Shown here in pieces: positions 10,236-20,412 of a stretch of DNA of 64,000 nucleotides. Source of the DNA: Candidatus Latescibacterota bacterium (GTDB lineage: Bacteria; Latescibacterota; UBA2968; GCA-2709665); NCBI GenBank assembly GCA_965219995.1, contig CBDCOX010000002.1, positions 768,001 through 832,000 on the forward strand. Direction: 5' to 3'. Within the stretch, counting starts at the first letter, position 1, and each line of letters opens with the position of its first letter. Under the pieces are notes generated by a model, which saw nothing but the letters and a program-made list of their open reading frames with translations, did no database searches and was not told where the DNA came from. The position numbers and the translations under genes were made by a program.

Positions 10236-11813
10236 ATGGCTCAATGGATTCTGACATTGTTGACGTTTATTCCCGTACTCGGCGCCGTGGTGATTTTACT
10301 CCTGCCCGGAAAGTCGGTGGATGCGATTCGCCGGGTTGCGCTGGCTGCGACCGGGCTTTGTCTTCTGCTGGCGGTCTGGCTGTTCCAGGATTTCGATCGG
10401 TCCGTGCCCGATATGCAATACGAAGTGCAGCTGCCCTGGATCGAGTCGTTCAACATCCAGTATTACATGGGTATAGACGGCCTGAGCGTCTCGATGGTGC
10501 TGTTGACGGCGCTGCTGGGCTTCCTTTGCGTTCCCGCATCATGGAACATCCAACGGGGGGCAAAGGGATACTTCGCACTGTTTCTGCTGCTCGAGACCGG
10601 AATGCAGGGTGTGTTCGTGTCGCTCGATTTCTTTCTGTTCTACGTGTTCTGGGAAGTGATGCTGTTGCCGATGTATTTCCTGATCGGGATCTGGGGAGGC
10701 CCCCGAAAGGAATATGCGGCCATCAAATTCTTCCTTTATACATTGGCGGGCAGTGTACTGCTGTTGCTGGTGATGCTCGCGTTCTACTTCAACGTCACAG
10801 ATCCCGATACGGGGAAACACACGTTCAATATGCTGGTGATGATGGACCAGGCGAACCACTCGGAGTGGCTGCGGGCCGGAATGATCTTCGGGTATTCGGC
10901 TCCGGTTATGATCTGGTTTGCCATGTTCATCGGCTTCGCCATAAAGGTGCCGCTGTTCCCGTTCCACACCTGGCTTCCCGATGCCCACGTCGAGGCGCCT
11001 ACTGCCATCAGCGTGATTCTGGCGGGCGTGCTCCTGAAAATGGGCACGTACGGCATTCTAAGATTCAACTATCCGATGTTGCCGGACGTGACCCGCGATT
11101 TCAGCTATTTTCTGGCTGTGATCGGGGTCATCAACATCATCTACGGCGCGCTCGTCGCGATGGCGCAGTCGGACCTGAAGAAGCTGGTGGCGTATTCGAG
11201 TATCAGTCACATGGGGTTCGTAATGCTCGGAATGTCCTCGTTTACGCCCCACGGTATCAACGGCGCGGTATTCCAGATGTTCAACCACGGCACCATAACG
11301 GCGATGTTGTTTCTGCTGGTGGGCGTTATATACGACCGGGCGCACCATCGGTATATCGTGTATCCCAACGATTACGAAGATCCCGATTTGCGCGGAAAAC
11401 TGGGATTCGGCGGGCTGTGGTCGCATATGCCGGTATACGGAAGTCTGACGATGGTGGCGTACTTCGCCGCCCTGGGGTTGCCGGGCCTCTCGGGATTTAT
11501 CAGTGAGGCGCTCTGTTTCCTGGGCGCATTCCAGGTCCATCGCACCATGACCATCTTGGGCACGCTCGGGGTGCTTCTGGGCGCTGCGTATATGCTCTGG
11601 GCTTTTCAGCGACTGTTCATGGGGCCGTTTAACGAACGGTGGAAAGACCTGCCCGAGATTAACGGCCGTGAGATTTTCAGCCTGGCGCCGCTGGCGGTCA
11701 TTGTTATCGTTCTGGGCATCTACCCCGCGCCGGTTCTCGATCTTCTCGCGCAGTCTCTGGGAGAACTCGTTAAGGACCTGAACGGACCGGTGATGTCCGC
11801 GTTGCAGCGGTAG
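10236..11813 (+). CDS. nuoM: NADH-quinone oxidoreductase subunit M
   Basis: AIKVPLFPFHTWLPDAHVEAPT, LLKMGTYG, AYSSISHMG. Confidence 0.97.
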   Translation: MAQWILTLLTFIPVLGAVVILLLPGKSVDAIRRVALAATGLCLLLAVWLFQDFDRSVPDMQYEVQLPWIESFNIQYYMGIDGLSVSMVLLTALLGFLCVPASWNIQRGAKGYFALFLLLETGMQGVFVSLDFFLFYVFWEVMLLPMYFLIGIWGGPRKEYAAIKFFLYTLAGSVLLLLVMLAFYFNVTDPDTGKHTFNMLVMMDQANHSEWLRAGMIFGYSAPVMIWFAMFIGFAIKVPLFPFHTWLPDAHVEAPTAISVILAGVLLKMGTYGILRFNYPMLPDVTRDFSYFLAVIGVINIIYGALVAMAQSDLKKLVAYSSISHMGFVMLGMSSFTPHGINGAVFQMFNHGTITAMLFLLVGVIYDRAHHRYIVYPNDYEDPDLRGKLGFGGLWSHMPVYGSLTMVAYFAALGLPGLSGFISEALCFLGAFQVHRTMTILGTLGVLLGAAYMLWAFQRLFMGPFNERWKDLPEINGREIFSLAPLAVIVIVLGIYPAPVLDLLAQSLGELVKDLNGPVMSALQR

Positions 11814-11885
11814 TCGATTAACGGAAAGTCCGCTTTTCTGAACGTCAGCGCGGTACGGGCTCGACGCAGACCGGAGGACGACTTT

Positions 11886-13415
11886 TTGGCCGATGCCATC
11901 GAAAACGCGATCGCAGTGAATCTGGACGGCCTGCAATACATCTGGCCGGAGATCATCGTCACGCTGGCTATTATCGGCATTGTGACCGTCGATCTGGTCC
12001 TGACCGGAAAGAAGAAGGCGGTGTTGACGGCGCTGACGCTTCTCGTGCTCGTGCTCTGCCTGTTTTCGATTGCGGGGTTGTACGACGAGGCGCCCGGCTC
12101 TTTGTTCATGGGAATGATCGCCCTGGATGGCTTCGCCCTGTTCTTCAAACTGCTGATTGTGGTCACGACGATCGTGGTCACGCTGTTCGGTCTGCAGTCG
12201 CGGGACATCGACGCCGATCGCATCGGTGAATTCTACGCACTCTTTCTCTCTGTTGTTCTGGGCGGCTTCCTGATGGCCGGCGCCGCGAACCTGCTGATGA
12301 TGTATCTGGCGCTCGAACTGGTCAGTCTGCCGTCGTATGTGCTGGCCGGCTATCAGAAGCAGGTCCGGCGATCCAATGAGGCAGCGCTGAAATACGTGGT
12401 GTACGGCGGGGTGTCGTCCGGCATCATGCTGTACGGGTTTTCATTGATCTACGGATTGACAGGGACGCTGGACATTTACGGTATTGCGGCTCACCTGGGA
12501 ACCACCGCGCCTTACGAACTGACGCTGTTTCTCGGCGCGACGCTCGCGATGGCGGGGTTTGGCTATAAGGTGGCCTCGGTTCCATTTCATTTCTGGTGTC
12601 CTGACGTCTACGAGGGTGCGCCCACACCCGTGACGGCGTTTTTCTCGGTTGCGCCGAAAGCGGTCGGTTTCGCTATGCTGGCGCGGTTCTTTTACGTGGG
12701 TCTGTCCGCTTACGACGGCGCTTCGGGCACCGGCGCCGCGTTGGGCGTGGCCTGGCCGCAGTTGCTCGCCGTTATTTCCGCATTTACGATGACGCTGGGC
12801 AATCTGACGGCCATCTGGCAGCGAAACCTGAAGAGGCTGCTGGCGTACTCGAGTATCGCCCATGCGGGTTACATGATGATGGGTGTGGTGATGCTGTCGG
12901 CGGCGGGTCTGAAAGCCGTGATGTTTTATGCGGGCGCGTATCTGTTTATGAATCTTGGTGCATTCCTGGTCGTTCTTCTGTTGGCCGAAAAAATCGACAG
13001 CGAAGACATTGACGATTACAGGGGTCTGGGCTGGCGGTCGCCGTGGATTGCGCTGGCGATGTCCGCGTTTCTCTTTTCGCTCACGGGATTGCCGCCTACG
13101 GCGGGATTTGTTGGAAAGGTGTATCTGTTTGCCGCGGTGGTTGATGGCGGGCTCTACTGGTTGGCGGTGGTGGGGGCGCTGAACAGCGCCGTTTCCCTGT
13201 ATTATTATGCAAGGGTCGTGCGCGCCATGTACCTGGAGAAGCCTCTTTCCGACACGCCGGTTGTGATGTCTCCGTTTGCCACGGGAACCCTGGCGGTATT
13301 GTTCGTCGGCACGCTCCTGTTTGGTGTGTACTGGGCGCCGCTGGCCGATCTGGCCGAAACGTCTACGGCGATCTTTCTGAACGGAAGTGACGCGGTGCAG
13401 GCGATGGTCCGGTAA
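11886..13415 (+). CDS. nuoN: NADH-quinone oxidoreductase subunit N
   Basis: EAALKY, KVASVPFHFWCPDVYEGAPTP, KRLLAYSSIAHAGY, GLPPTAGF; TTG start. Confidence 0.96.
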   Translation: MADAIENAIAVNLDGLQYIWPEIIVTLAIIGIVTVDLVLTGKKKAVLTALTLLVLVLCLFSIAGLYDEAPGSLFMGMIALDGFALFFKLLIVVTTIVVTLFGLQSRDIDADRIGEFYALFLSVVLGGFLMAGAANLLMMYLALELVSLPSYVLAGYQKQVRRSNEAALKYVVYGGVSSGIMLYGFSLIYGLTGTLDIYGIAAHLGTTAPYELTLFLGATLAMAGFGYKVASVPFHFWCPDVYEGAPTPVTAFFSVAPKAVGFAMLARFFYVGLSAYDGASGTGAALGVAWPQLLAVISAFTMTLGNLTAIWQRNLKRLLAYSSIAHAGYMMMGVVMLSAAGLKAVMFYAGAYLFMNLGAFLVVLLLAEKIDSEDIDDYRGLGWRSPWIALAMSAFLFSLTGLPPTAGFVGKVYLFAAVVDGGLYWLAVVGALNSAVSLYYYARVVRAMYLEKPLSDTPVVMSPFATGTLAVLFVGTLLFGVYWAPLADLAETSTAIFLNGSDAVQAMVR

Positions 13416-13497
13416 ACGCGCGCGACAAACCGCCCAAACTGCGCGCCGCATCTCTTGCGTCTCTGAGGGCAGACGCCTTTACAGACCTGGCATACTG

Positions 13498-13534
13498 AAG
13501 GCCCCGCGGTATTGAATCGCGGGGCCTTTTTTTT
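13498..13534 (+). terminator. Rho-independent terminator of the nuo operon
   Basis: AAGGCCCCGCGGT-ATTGA-ATCGCGGGGCCTT hairpin running into a T8 tract. Confidence 0.85.
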
Positions 13535-13553
13535 CTGATCCGGCATGCAGCGC

Positions 13554-13979
13554 TTATCCCCACGCTTTTCCGCTGGCGCTTCTATTTCGTTTCTTCAGAT
13601 CGCCTTTCTCAACCAGAAAACCGAGCAGATTCTTGCGCCCGAGGGTTCTGAGATAGGTTAATAGAGAGATTTCGGCTTCCTTTGCGTTGAGCTTGTGGGT
13701 TTCGCACAGTTGCTTTATCATCGAAGCCACCGACGTGCGTCCGTCGCACATTTTCCAGACCTGAGAGCCAATCTCATCCAGAACCAGCGTTCGTTTCTCA
13801 GGCACCCAGAAGATTTTGGAGAGGATCTTCACTTTCGTGGTATCCGCACGCTTTAACGTAATTGCGACTTCGTCGTCTTTGTTCGTCTTCCAGTCCAGCC
13901 GGTCGTTCCGGGTGGGCTTGGAGTTGAACATCGCCTCCCGGCTGATCTTGGGCTGTTTTTTTAATGAGAACAGGGACAT
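13554..13979 (-). CDS. PqqD/RRE-family protein
   Basis: C-terminal pattern LDEIGSQVWKMCDGRTSVASMIKQL...LLTYLRTL resembles the PqqD winged-helix RiPP-recognition element. Confidence 0.75.
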   Translation of the reverse strand: MSLFSLKKQPKISREAMFNSKPTRNDRLDWKTNKDDEVAITLKRADTTKVKILSKIFWVPEKRTLVLDEIGSQVWKMCDGRTSVASMIKQLCETHKLNAKEAEISLLTYLRTLGRKNLLGFLVEKGDLKKRNRSASGKAWG

Positions 13980-14045
13980 TCCTTATCCTGTGGTCCAGAG
14001 ATGCCAAAGAAACGTTCGCCGGGCGCTTCAATCCGGTAGAACGGA

Positions 14046-14987
14046 CTATCGGTGGCAGATAACGGCGCTTCGGGCATTCTCGATGTCCGGCACATCCCTG
14101 CGCTTCTTGTAAAAGGTGTGTACCGCATAGATCTTGTTGGCGTGTTTACAGGTCCAGACGCGGGCCTCCATGTACAAGCGCGGTCGCACATTCCAGAACG
14201 GGAGGGGCATCAGCAGACCCCGCCAGCGGCTCTTGGGTCTTCCACACAGGCTCAGGCCGATATGGCCTCCCACGTTGGTTTCTCTCGCGTCCAGATTGAC
14301 CTGGCGCAGGCTCTTGCGGAAGAATTCCCGGTACCAGTCGAGAAGGGTTCGCTTCTTCAGGAGAACTTCGGCAAGGCTGAGCCGGTCGAACTGGAGGATA
14401 TTCCGGCCTTGCTGAAAACAGAGACGAAGGTGTCCGGACTTGAGGTCGTAGGTTTCCAGAGAGAACTGCGGAGGCGACGAACAGACGAAATCGTAAAGCG
14501 CCCACGTCCGGTCACCGTCGGGTGCGGTATCCCGGACGGAGTTGAAAATCCGCCTGATATTTTGCCCGGCGTCCTCATCCAGCTTCGTCCTGATCTTAAT
14601 CAGAAAAAGCCGATCTGACATACTGCTGTAGAAGGCCAGCGCATGGATTCGGTACTCGGCGTGCCAGGCGAACACGACTGGCGAACCCGCATCGGGCAGT
14701 TCCAGCCATCCCGCATCGGGAGTGCGTTCGACGTCGAGTTTCTTCTTTTCCTTGCGGGCACTCTGGGAGAGTCCGTCAACAAAGCGATCGACGACTGGCG
14801 CGACCTTCTGGTCGCCGCGGGCGTCCTTCCACTCGATCTCCAGCCTGGCAAGCGTCGGATCGTCGAGGCGGACGCTGCCCGCCTTGAAATCGCCCGTTAT
14901 CTTACCGGGATTCCACTCCTGTGGGACCTCCACTGTCAGCCCGTGCCATCCGAACAGGGACCAGTCTGAATAACGCAACGACTTCAA
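14046..14987 (-). CDS. hypothetical protein with apparent internal duplication, upstream of the PqqD-like gene
   Basis: Long ORF (track 14046..15053), likely TTG start at 14987. Two similar segments: WSLFGWHGLTVEVPQEW...G.VRL and WALYDFVCSSPPQF...GHLRL. Confidence 0.7.
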   Translation of the reverse strand: MKSLRYSDWSLFGWHGLTVEVPQEWNPGKITGDFKAGSVRLDDPTLARLEIEWKDARGDQKVAPVVDRFVDGLSQSARKEKKKLDVERTPDAGWLELPDAGSPVVFAWHAEYRIHALAFYSSMSDRLFLIKIRTKLDEDAGQNIRRIFNSVRDTAPDGDRTWALYDFVCSSPPQFSLETYDLKSGHLRLCFQQGRNILQFDRLSLAEVLLKKRTLLDWYREFFRKSLRQVNLDARETNVGGHIGLSLCGRPKSRWRGLLMPLPFWNVRPRLYMEARVWTCKHANKIYAVHTFYKKRRDVPDIENARSAVICHR

Positions 14988-15217
14988 GGGGCGCCACCCT
15001 CGGCCAAAAGATTCCGGGATATCGGATGGATAAATATACGTACCCCTGCACACCTGTCAAGAACTTTGTGCTTTAACTAAGTATAAGTTTTGCAATGACT
15101 TGTATCGATCCATCGCGTCAGGATCGCGTGGATTTCAGTTTTGGCGCCTGTTTCCATTCAATCGCCTATCGGTCTGTTCCGCGGTGGCGGCAATATTCCG
15201 CGCCTCAAAAACAGTGG

Positions 15218-15246
15218 TTGACGAATGAACTAATGTTCACTATATT
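15218..15246 (+). promoter_or_regulatory. lexA promoter with an SOS box in the spacer
   Basis: TTGACG (15218-23), 17 bp, TATATT (15241-46). The spacer contains the palindrome TGAAC-TAAT-GTTCA (15226-15239), i.e. GAAC-N4-GTTC. Confidence 0.85.
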
Positions 15247-15345
15247 CAAATGAGCAGTGCACACTTTGCCGGTCCTTTGCAGGTCAAGCGAAACCGGGCC
15301 GTGGCGTACCCTACCGTATGGCGTTGGTTATTCAGGAGATGCGTG

Positions 15346-15975
15346 ATGCGTCAGAAGCTGACGGACAGACAAAGAGACATTTACGGATTTATCGCCCGGA
15401 CGATACGAGACGGCGGCGCTCCTCCAACAATTCGCGAGACCATGGATGCGTTCAACATCGCTTCCACCAACGGCGTAAGGACCACGCTGGCCGCACTCGA
15501 AAAAAAGGGCTATATCTGCAGACGCCCCATGGTGTCGCGGGGTATCGAGCTGACCGACTTTGTCGAACGCGAAATCCCGGGTGAATCCACGTCGCGAGAG
15601 GTGCCCGTTATTGGGCGCGTGGCTGCAGGGGAGCCCATCCTGGCAACCGAAAACGTCGAGAGTACGGTGGCTGTGGATCGGTCCTTTCTGCCGTCTGAAG
15701 ACGTTTTCGTCCTTCGAGTCAAGGGTGAGAGCATGCGCGATGCGGGGATTCTGGATGGAGACTACGTTGTGGCGCGTCAGCAGGATACGGCGAGTCCGGG
15801 TGAAATTGTCGTGGCGGTGATCGGGGAGGAGGCGACCGTGAAGCGGTATTTCCCCGAAGCCGGTCGGGTAATGCTCATCCCGGAAAACGAGGCGTTCGAA
15901 GCCATCGAGGTTCGTCCGGGCCGGGATGACTTTCGCATCGCCGGAAAGATCGTGGGCCTGATGCGTCGTTTCTGA
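15346..15975 (+). CDS. lexA: SOS repressor LexA
   Basis: N-terminal LTDRQ/PPT HTH, cleavage site VAAGEP, catalytic GESM and TVKR; RBS AGGAGA before ATG 15346. Confidence 0.97.
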   Translation: MRQKLTDRQRDIYGFIARTIRDGGAPPTIRETMDAFNIASTNGVRTTLAALEKKGYICRRPMVSRGIELTDFVEREIPGESTSREVPVIGRVAAGEPILATENVESTVAVDRSFLPSEDVFVLRVKGESMRDAGILDGDYVVARQQDTASPGEIVVAVIGEEATVKRYFPEAGRVMLIPENEAFEAIEVRPGRDDFRIAGKIVGLMRRF

Positions 15976-16004
15976 GGTAACGAAGCAGTGGTCCAATACG
16001 CACG

Positions 16005-16033
16005 CCCCCTTGCTATTCGAGGGGGTTAATTTT
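16005..16033 (+). terminator. possible terminator between convergent lexA and dprA
   Basis: CCCCCTT-GCTATTC-GAGGGGG stem followed by TTAATTTT. Confidence 0.45.
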
Positions 16034-16057
16034 GTCTCCGCGGTCCGTGGATCCGGA

Positions 16058-17170
16058 TCAAGCCATCTTCCGAACAAACCGTTTGCCCGGAAGTTGCTCC
16101 GCAACGCCGGCCAGCTCCAGGGAGAGCAATGCCGTCAGCGCGTTTGAGGCCGGCATTTCCGTCCGGTCGGCAATGGCATCGATGTGGGCGGGCACGTCGA
16201 CCGAAAGGCAATTGAAGACCAGACGTTCCGGGTTCGAGAGATTCGCGGGCTCCGCCGCAGTGGGTTCGCGGGTGTATCGAGGCTGGAGTTGTGTCAGGTG
16301 CGGACGGAGTTCGTCCAGAATGTCCTCCACGGATTGTACGAGAACCGCGCCCTGCCTGATGAGCCGGTTTGTGCCGCGGCTTCGGCCTGAGTGAACGGGA
16401 CCGGGGATGGCGAAGACCTCCCGATTTTGTTCCAGGGCCAGCCGGGCGGTAATCAACGCGCCACTGCGTTCACCCGCTTCGATAACCACGACGCCCAGGC
16501 TGAGTCCGCTGATAATCCTGTTACGGCGCGGAAAGTTGTGGGCTTCTGCGGATGCGCCCATCGGGAATTCGGAAACTGCGGCGCCGTTCTCGCTGACGAC
16601 CTGCAACAGGTCCTTGTTTTGCGGTGGATACGGCCTGTCAAGCCCGCTGCCCAATACGGCGACGGTATATCCGCGTGCGGCAAGTGCTCCCCTGTGCGCA
16701 TGAGTATCGATGCCGGTGGCCAGTCCGCTGACCACGGTTATGCCGTGGCGAACCAGTTCTCCGGAGATCTGAAAGGCGATATCCCGACCATAAGACGTGA
16801 ATGACCGGGACCCGACGACGGCGACGGAAGGAAGCGCGCAGGCGTCGATGGCTCCAAGCACATAGAGAATGGGCGGCGGCGCATAGGTTTGACAGAGATA
16901 ACCCGGATAATCAGGGCTCTGTAGAGTCAGAAGGTAGACCCCTTTATCTTCGGCGCGTCGAAGCTGTTCTTCCGCCCAGGACGGGTCGCGTTCCGTGCGG
17001 ATTGCCCCCGCGAGTTCGGGGCCGATACCAGGCACGGAGCACAAGTGTGCGCAGGTCGCTCGCAAGACCTCTCGCGGGCTGCAAAACCGACGCAGCAACG
17101 CGGAGTACGCGACGGGCCCCAGTCCGGACACCGAATGAAGCGTCAACCAGTCTAGGATATCATTGGACAT
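16058..17170 (-). CDS. dprA: DNA-processing protein DprA
   Basis: VAVVGSR, VSGLATGID, FPRRNRIISGLS, SGALITA, C-terminal winged helix LELAG; start ATG 17170. Confidence 0.95.
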   Translation of the reverse strand: MSNDILDWLTLHSVSGLGPVAYSALLRRFCSPREVLRATCAHLCSVPGIGPELAGAIRTERDPSWAEEQLRRAEDKGVYLLTLQSPDYPGYLCQTYAPPPILYVLGAIDACALPSVAVVGSRSFTSYGRDIAFQISGELVRHGITVVSGLATGIDTHAHRGALAARGYTVAVLGSGLDRPYPPQNKDLLQVVSENGAAVSEFPMGASAEAHNFPRRNRIISGLSLGVVVIEAGERSGALITARLALEQNREVFAIPGPVHSGRSRGTNRLIRQGAVLVQSVEDILDELRPHLTQLQPRYTREPTAAEPANLSNPERLVFNCLSVDVPAHIDAIADRTEMPASNALTALLSLELAGVAEQLPGKRFVRKMA

Positions 17171-17413
17171 CTTGGCAGAGAAAACCGGTTTGTTGCAACC
17201 AGCGGTGGCCACCCGGGCGAGGTGTATGACGGGTTCGATCTACATGAAGGCAATCGGCGTGCCATGAGAAAAGCACGCTATATGGGCGGTGGACACGTGG
17301 CGGGGTGAAAATGGCTTTCAGAATGTGGCGCCGACTTCGAAAGAATCGTGCAGGCCGAATATTGCGGGGACGGGTAACTTCTGCGGGGTCCGGCGACGTT
17401 TGTAAGCGAGTGA

Positions 17414-19018
<1,605 letters not shown>

Positions 19019-19022
<4 letters not shown>

Positions 19023-19978
19023 GATTTCTCCTTTTCGAGTGCCATGTGGGCCAAACCGCCCGCAACGCTGAATGCAGATTGGCTCGTCAGAAAATGCCGC
19101 TGTGAGTCTGGGAGCGTCTCCGTCGTGCATTTCGAAAAAGGCGCGAGGGTTTCGGGTTTCGGAACCTGCGTTGCTTCAAGATGATCCGAAAGAGTCGCGA
19201 TCTGGGCCTTCTCGCCACATAACAGAACCCGACGATAGCCGCGGGACCGGTGTCGAAGCGCATGGCGGCCTCCACCGAGCCAGTGACGTATCGTGGCTTC
19301 TGTTCTTTCCGCGTACGTTTTTGCGTGCGCGTGTACCCCTGCCAACCCGTTATCCGTGTCGGGGAAGTCCAGGCAGGCAGCCTCGGCTGCAATCAGACAA
19401 TTGGATTCCGCCGCCACAAAATAGATCCAGGGTTGTACAACCATGATACCTGCGATCCTGGACCCGGCCTCGTTCTTCATCAGAAGACAGGCGTGAAAGA
19501 GGCCCATTGGCTCTGCTTCCAGCCGAAACTGCCCCACACCAAGGGACAACAGTAATTCAGACCAGAATTCGAAGACCTCCTTGCGGACGGCAAACCAGAA
19601 TGCTGTTCGTCCGGAGGCGACGTAATCCACGATGTACCGGTCGATGGGGTCGACCAGAGTCTGCGATGCCTCCCAGGTGATATATTCCAGCCTGTCGCCG
19701 GCAGAAGCCTGTTCCAGCGGTGTTTTCTGCAGATGGAAGAAGCCGCCTCCCGGAGAAATCACAACCATTCCTGGTGCGTCCCGGACCTCATCGAATCCTC
19801 GCTGTAGACGCTCACCAATGCACTGCCGGACCCGGGCCGGAACAGGCCACCCGGGGAGCAGGGGCGACGTCAGCCTCGATTCCAAAAGGGCACAGAGGCG
19901 ATATCCCGCGTGCGTCCGCTCCAGACTCGCCATCCGAAGCAGACTCCCGGCAATCTGAATTCCCGTTGCCCTGTTCAA
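19019..19978 (-). CDS. divergent PilM-like (actin-fold) protein
   Basis: TTG start overlapping the comEA stop. N-terminus ATGIQIAGSLLRMASLE resembles PilM GIDIG...K(M/V)VEL; also I.WEA.Q...DY, VLLCGE and C-terminal FSVAGGLA. Confidence 0.55.
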
Positions 19979-20379
19979 GGGGTGCTCACAGTTATCTTCG
20001 GGCGCAGTCTCTCCACGGTTTTTCTGCCAATCCCCTTTACCCGCGTCAGATCGTCCACGTTCTGGAACGGCCCGCGCTGATTGCGATCGTCCACAATTCG
20101 GCGGGCGGTTTTGGGACCGATTCCCCGGAGCCGGGTCAGTTGTCCGGCTGAAGCCCGATTCAGATCGATCGGGCCGGTGTCCTGCTTCACAATCCCGGTC
20201 TTGTGCCGGCTTTCGGGAACGGGTACCGCACCCTTTTGAACGTGAAAGTCCGGGACGTCGCGGTCCCCAAAGCGCTCTACGAGATTGACTGCCCCGCCGA
20301 TCAGCAACGCGGCCGCCAGCCCCAGCAAGACAACCCGTTCTTTCCGATTGAAGGAAAACATACGGACTCCGGTATCCAT
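19975..20379 (-). CDS. comEA: ComEA-family helix-hairpin-helix DNA-binding protein
   Basis: N-terminal TM segment; IDLNRAS...LRGIGPKTARRIV...GPFQNVDDL.RVKGIG. Confidence 0.9.
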   Translation of the reverse strand: MDTGVRMFSFNRKERVVLLGLAAALLIGGAVNLVERFGDRDVPDFHVQKGAVPVPESRHKTGIVKQDTGPIDLNRASAGQLTRLRGIGPKTARRIVDDRNQRGPFQNVDDLTRVKGIGRKTVERLRPKITVSTP

Positions 20380-20412
20380 CCTGGGATGAAGTTAAACTGG
20401 TGGCGGATAACC

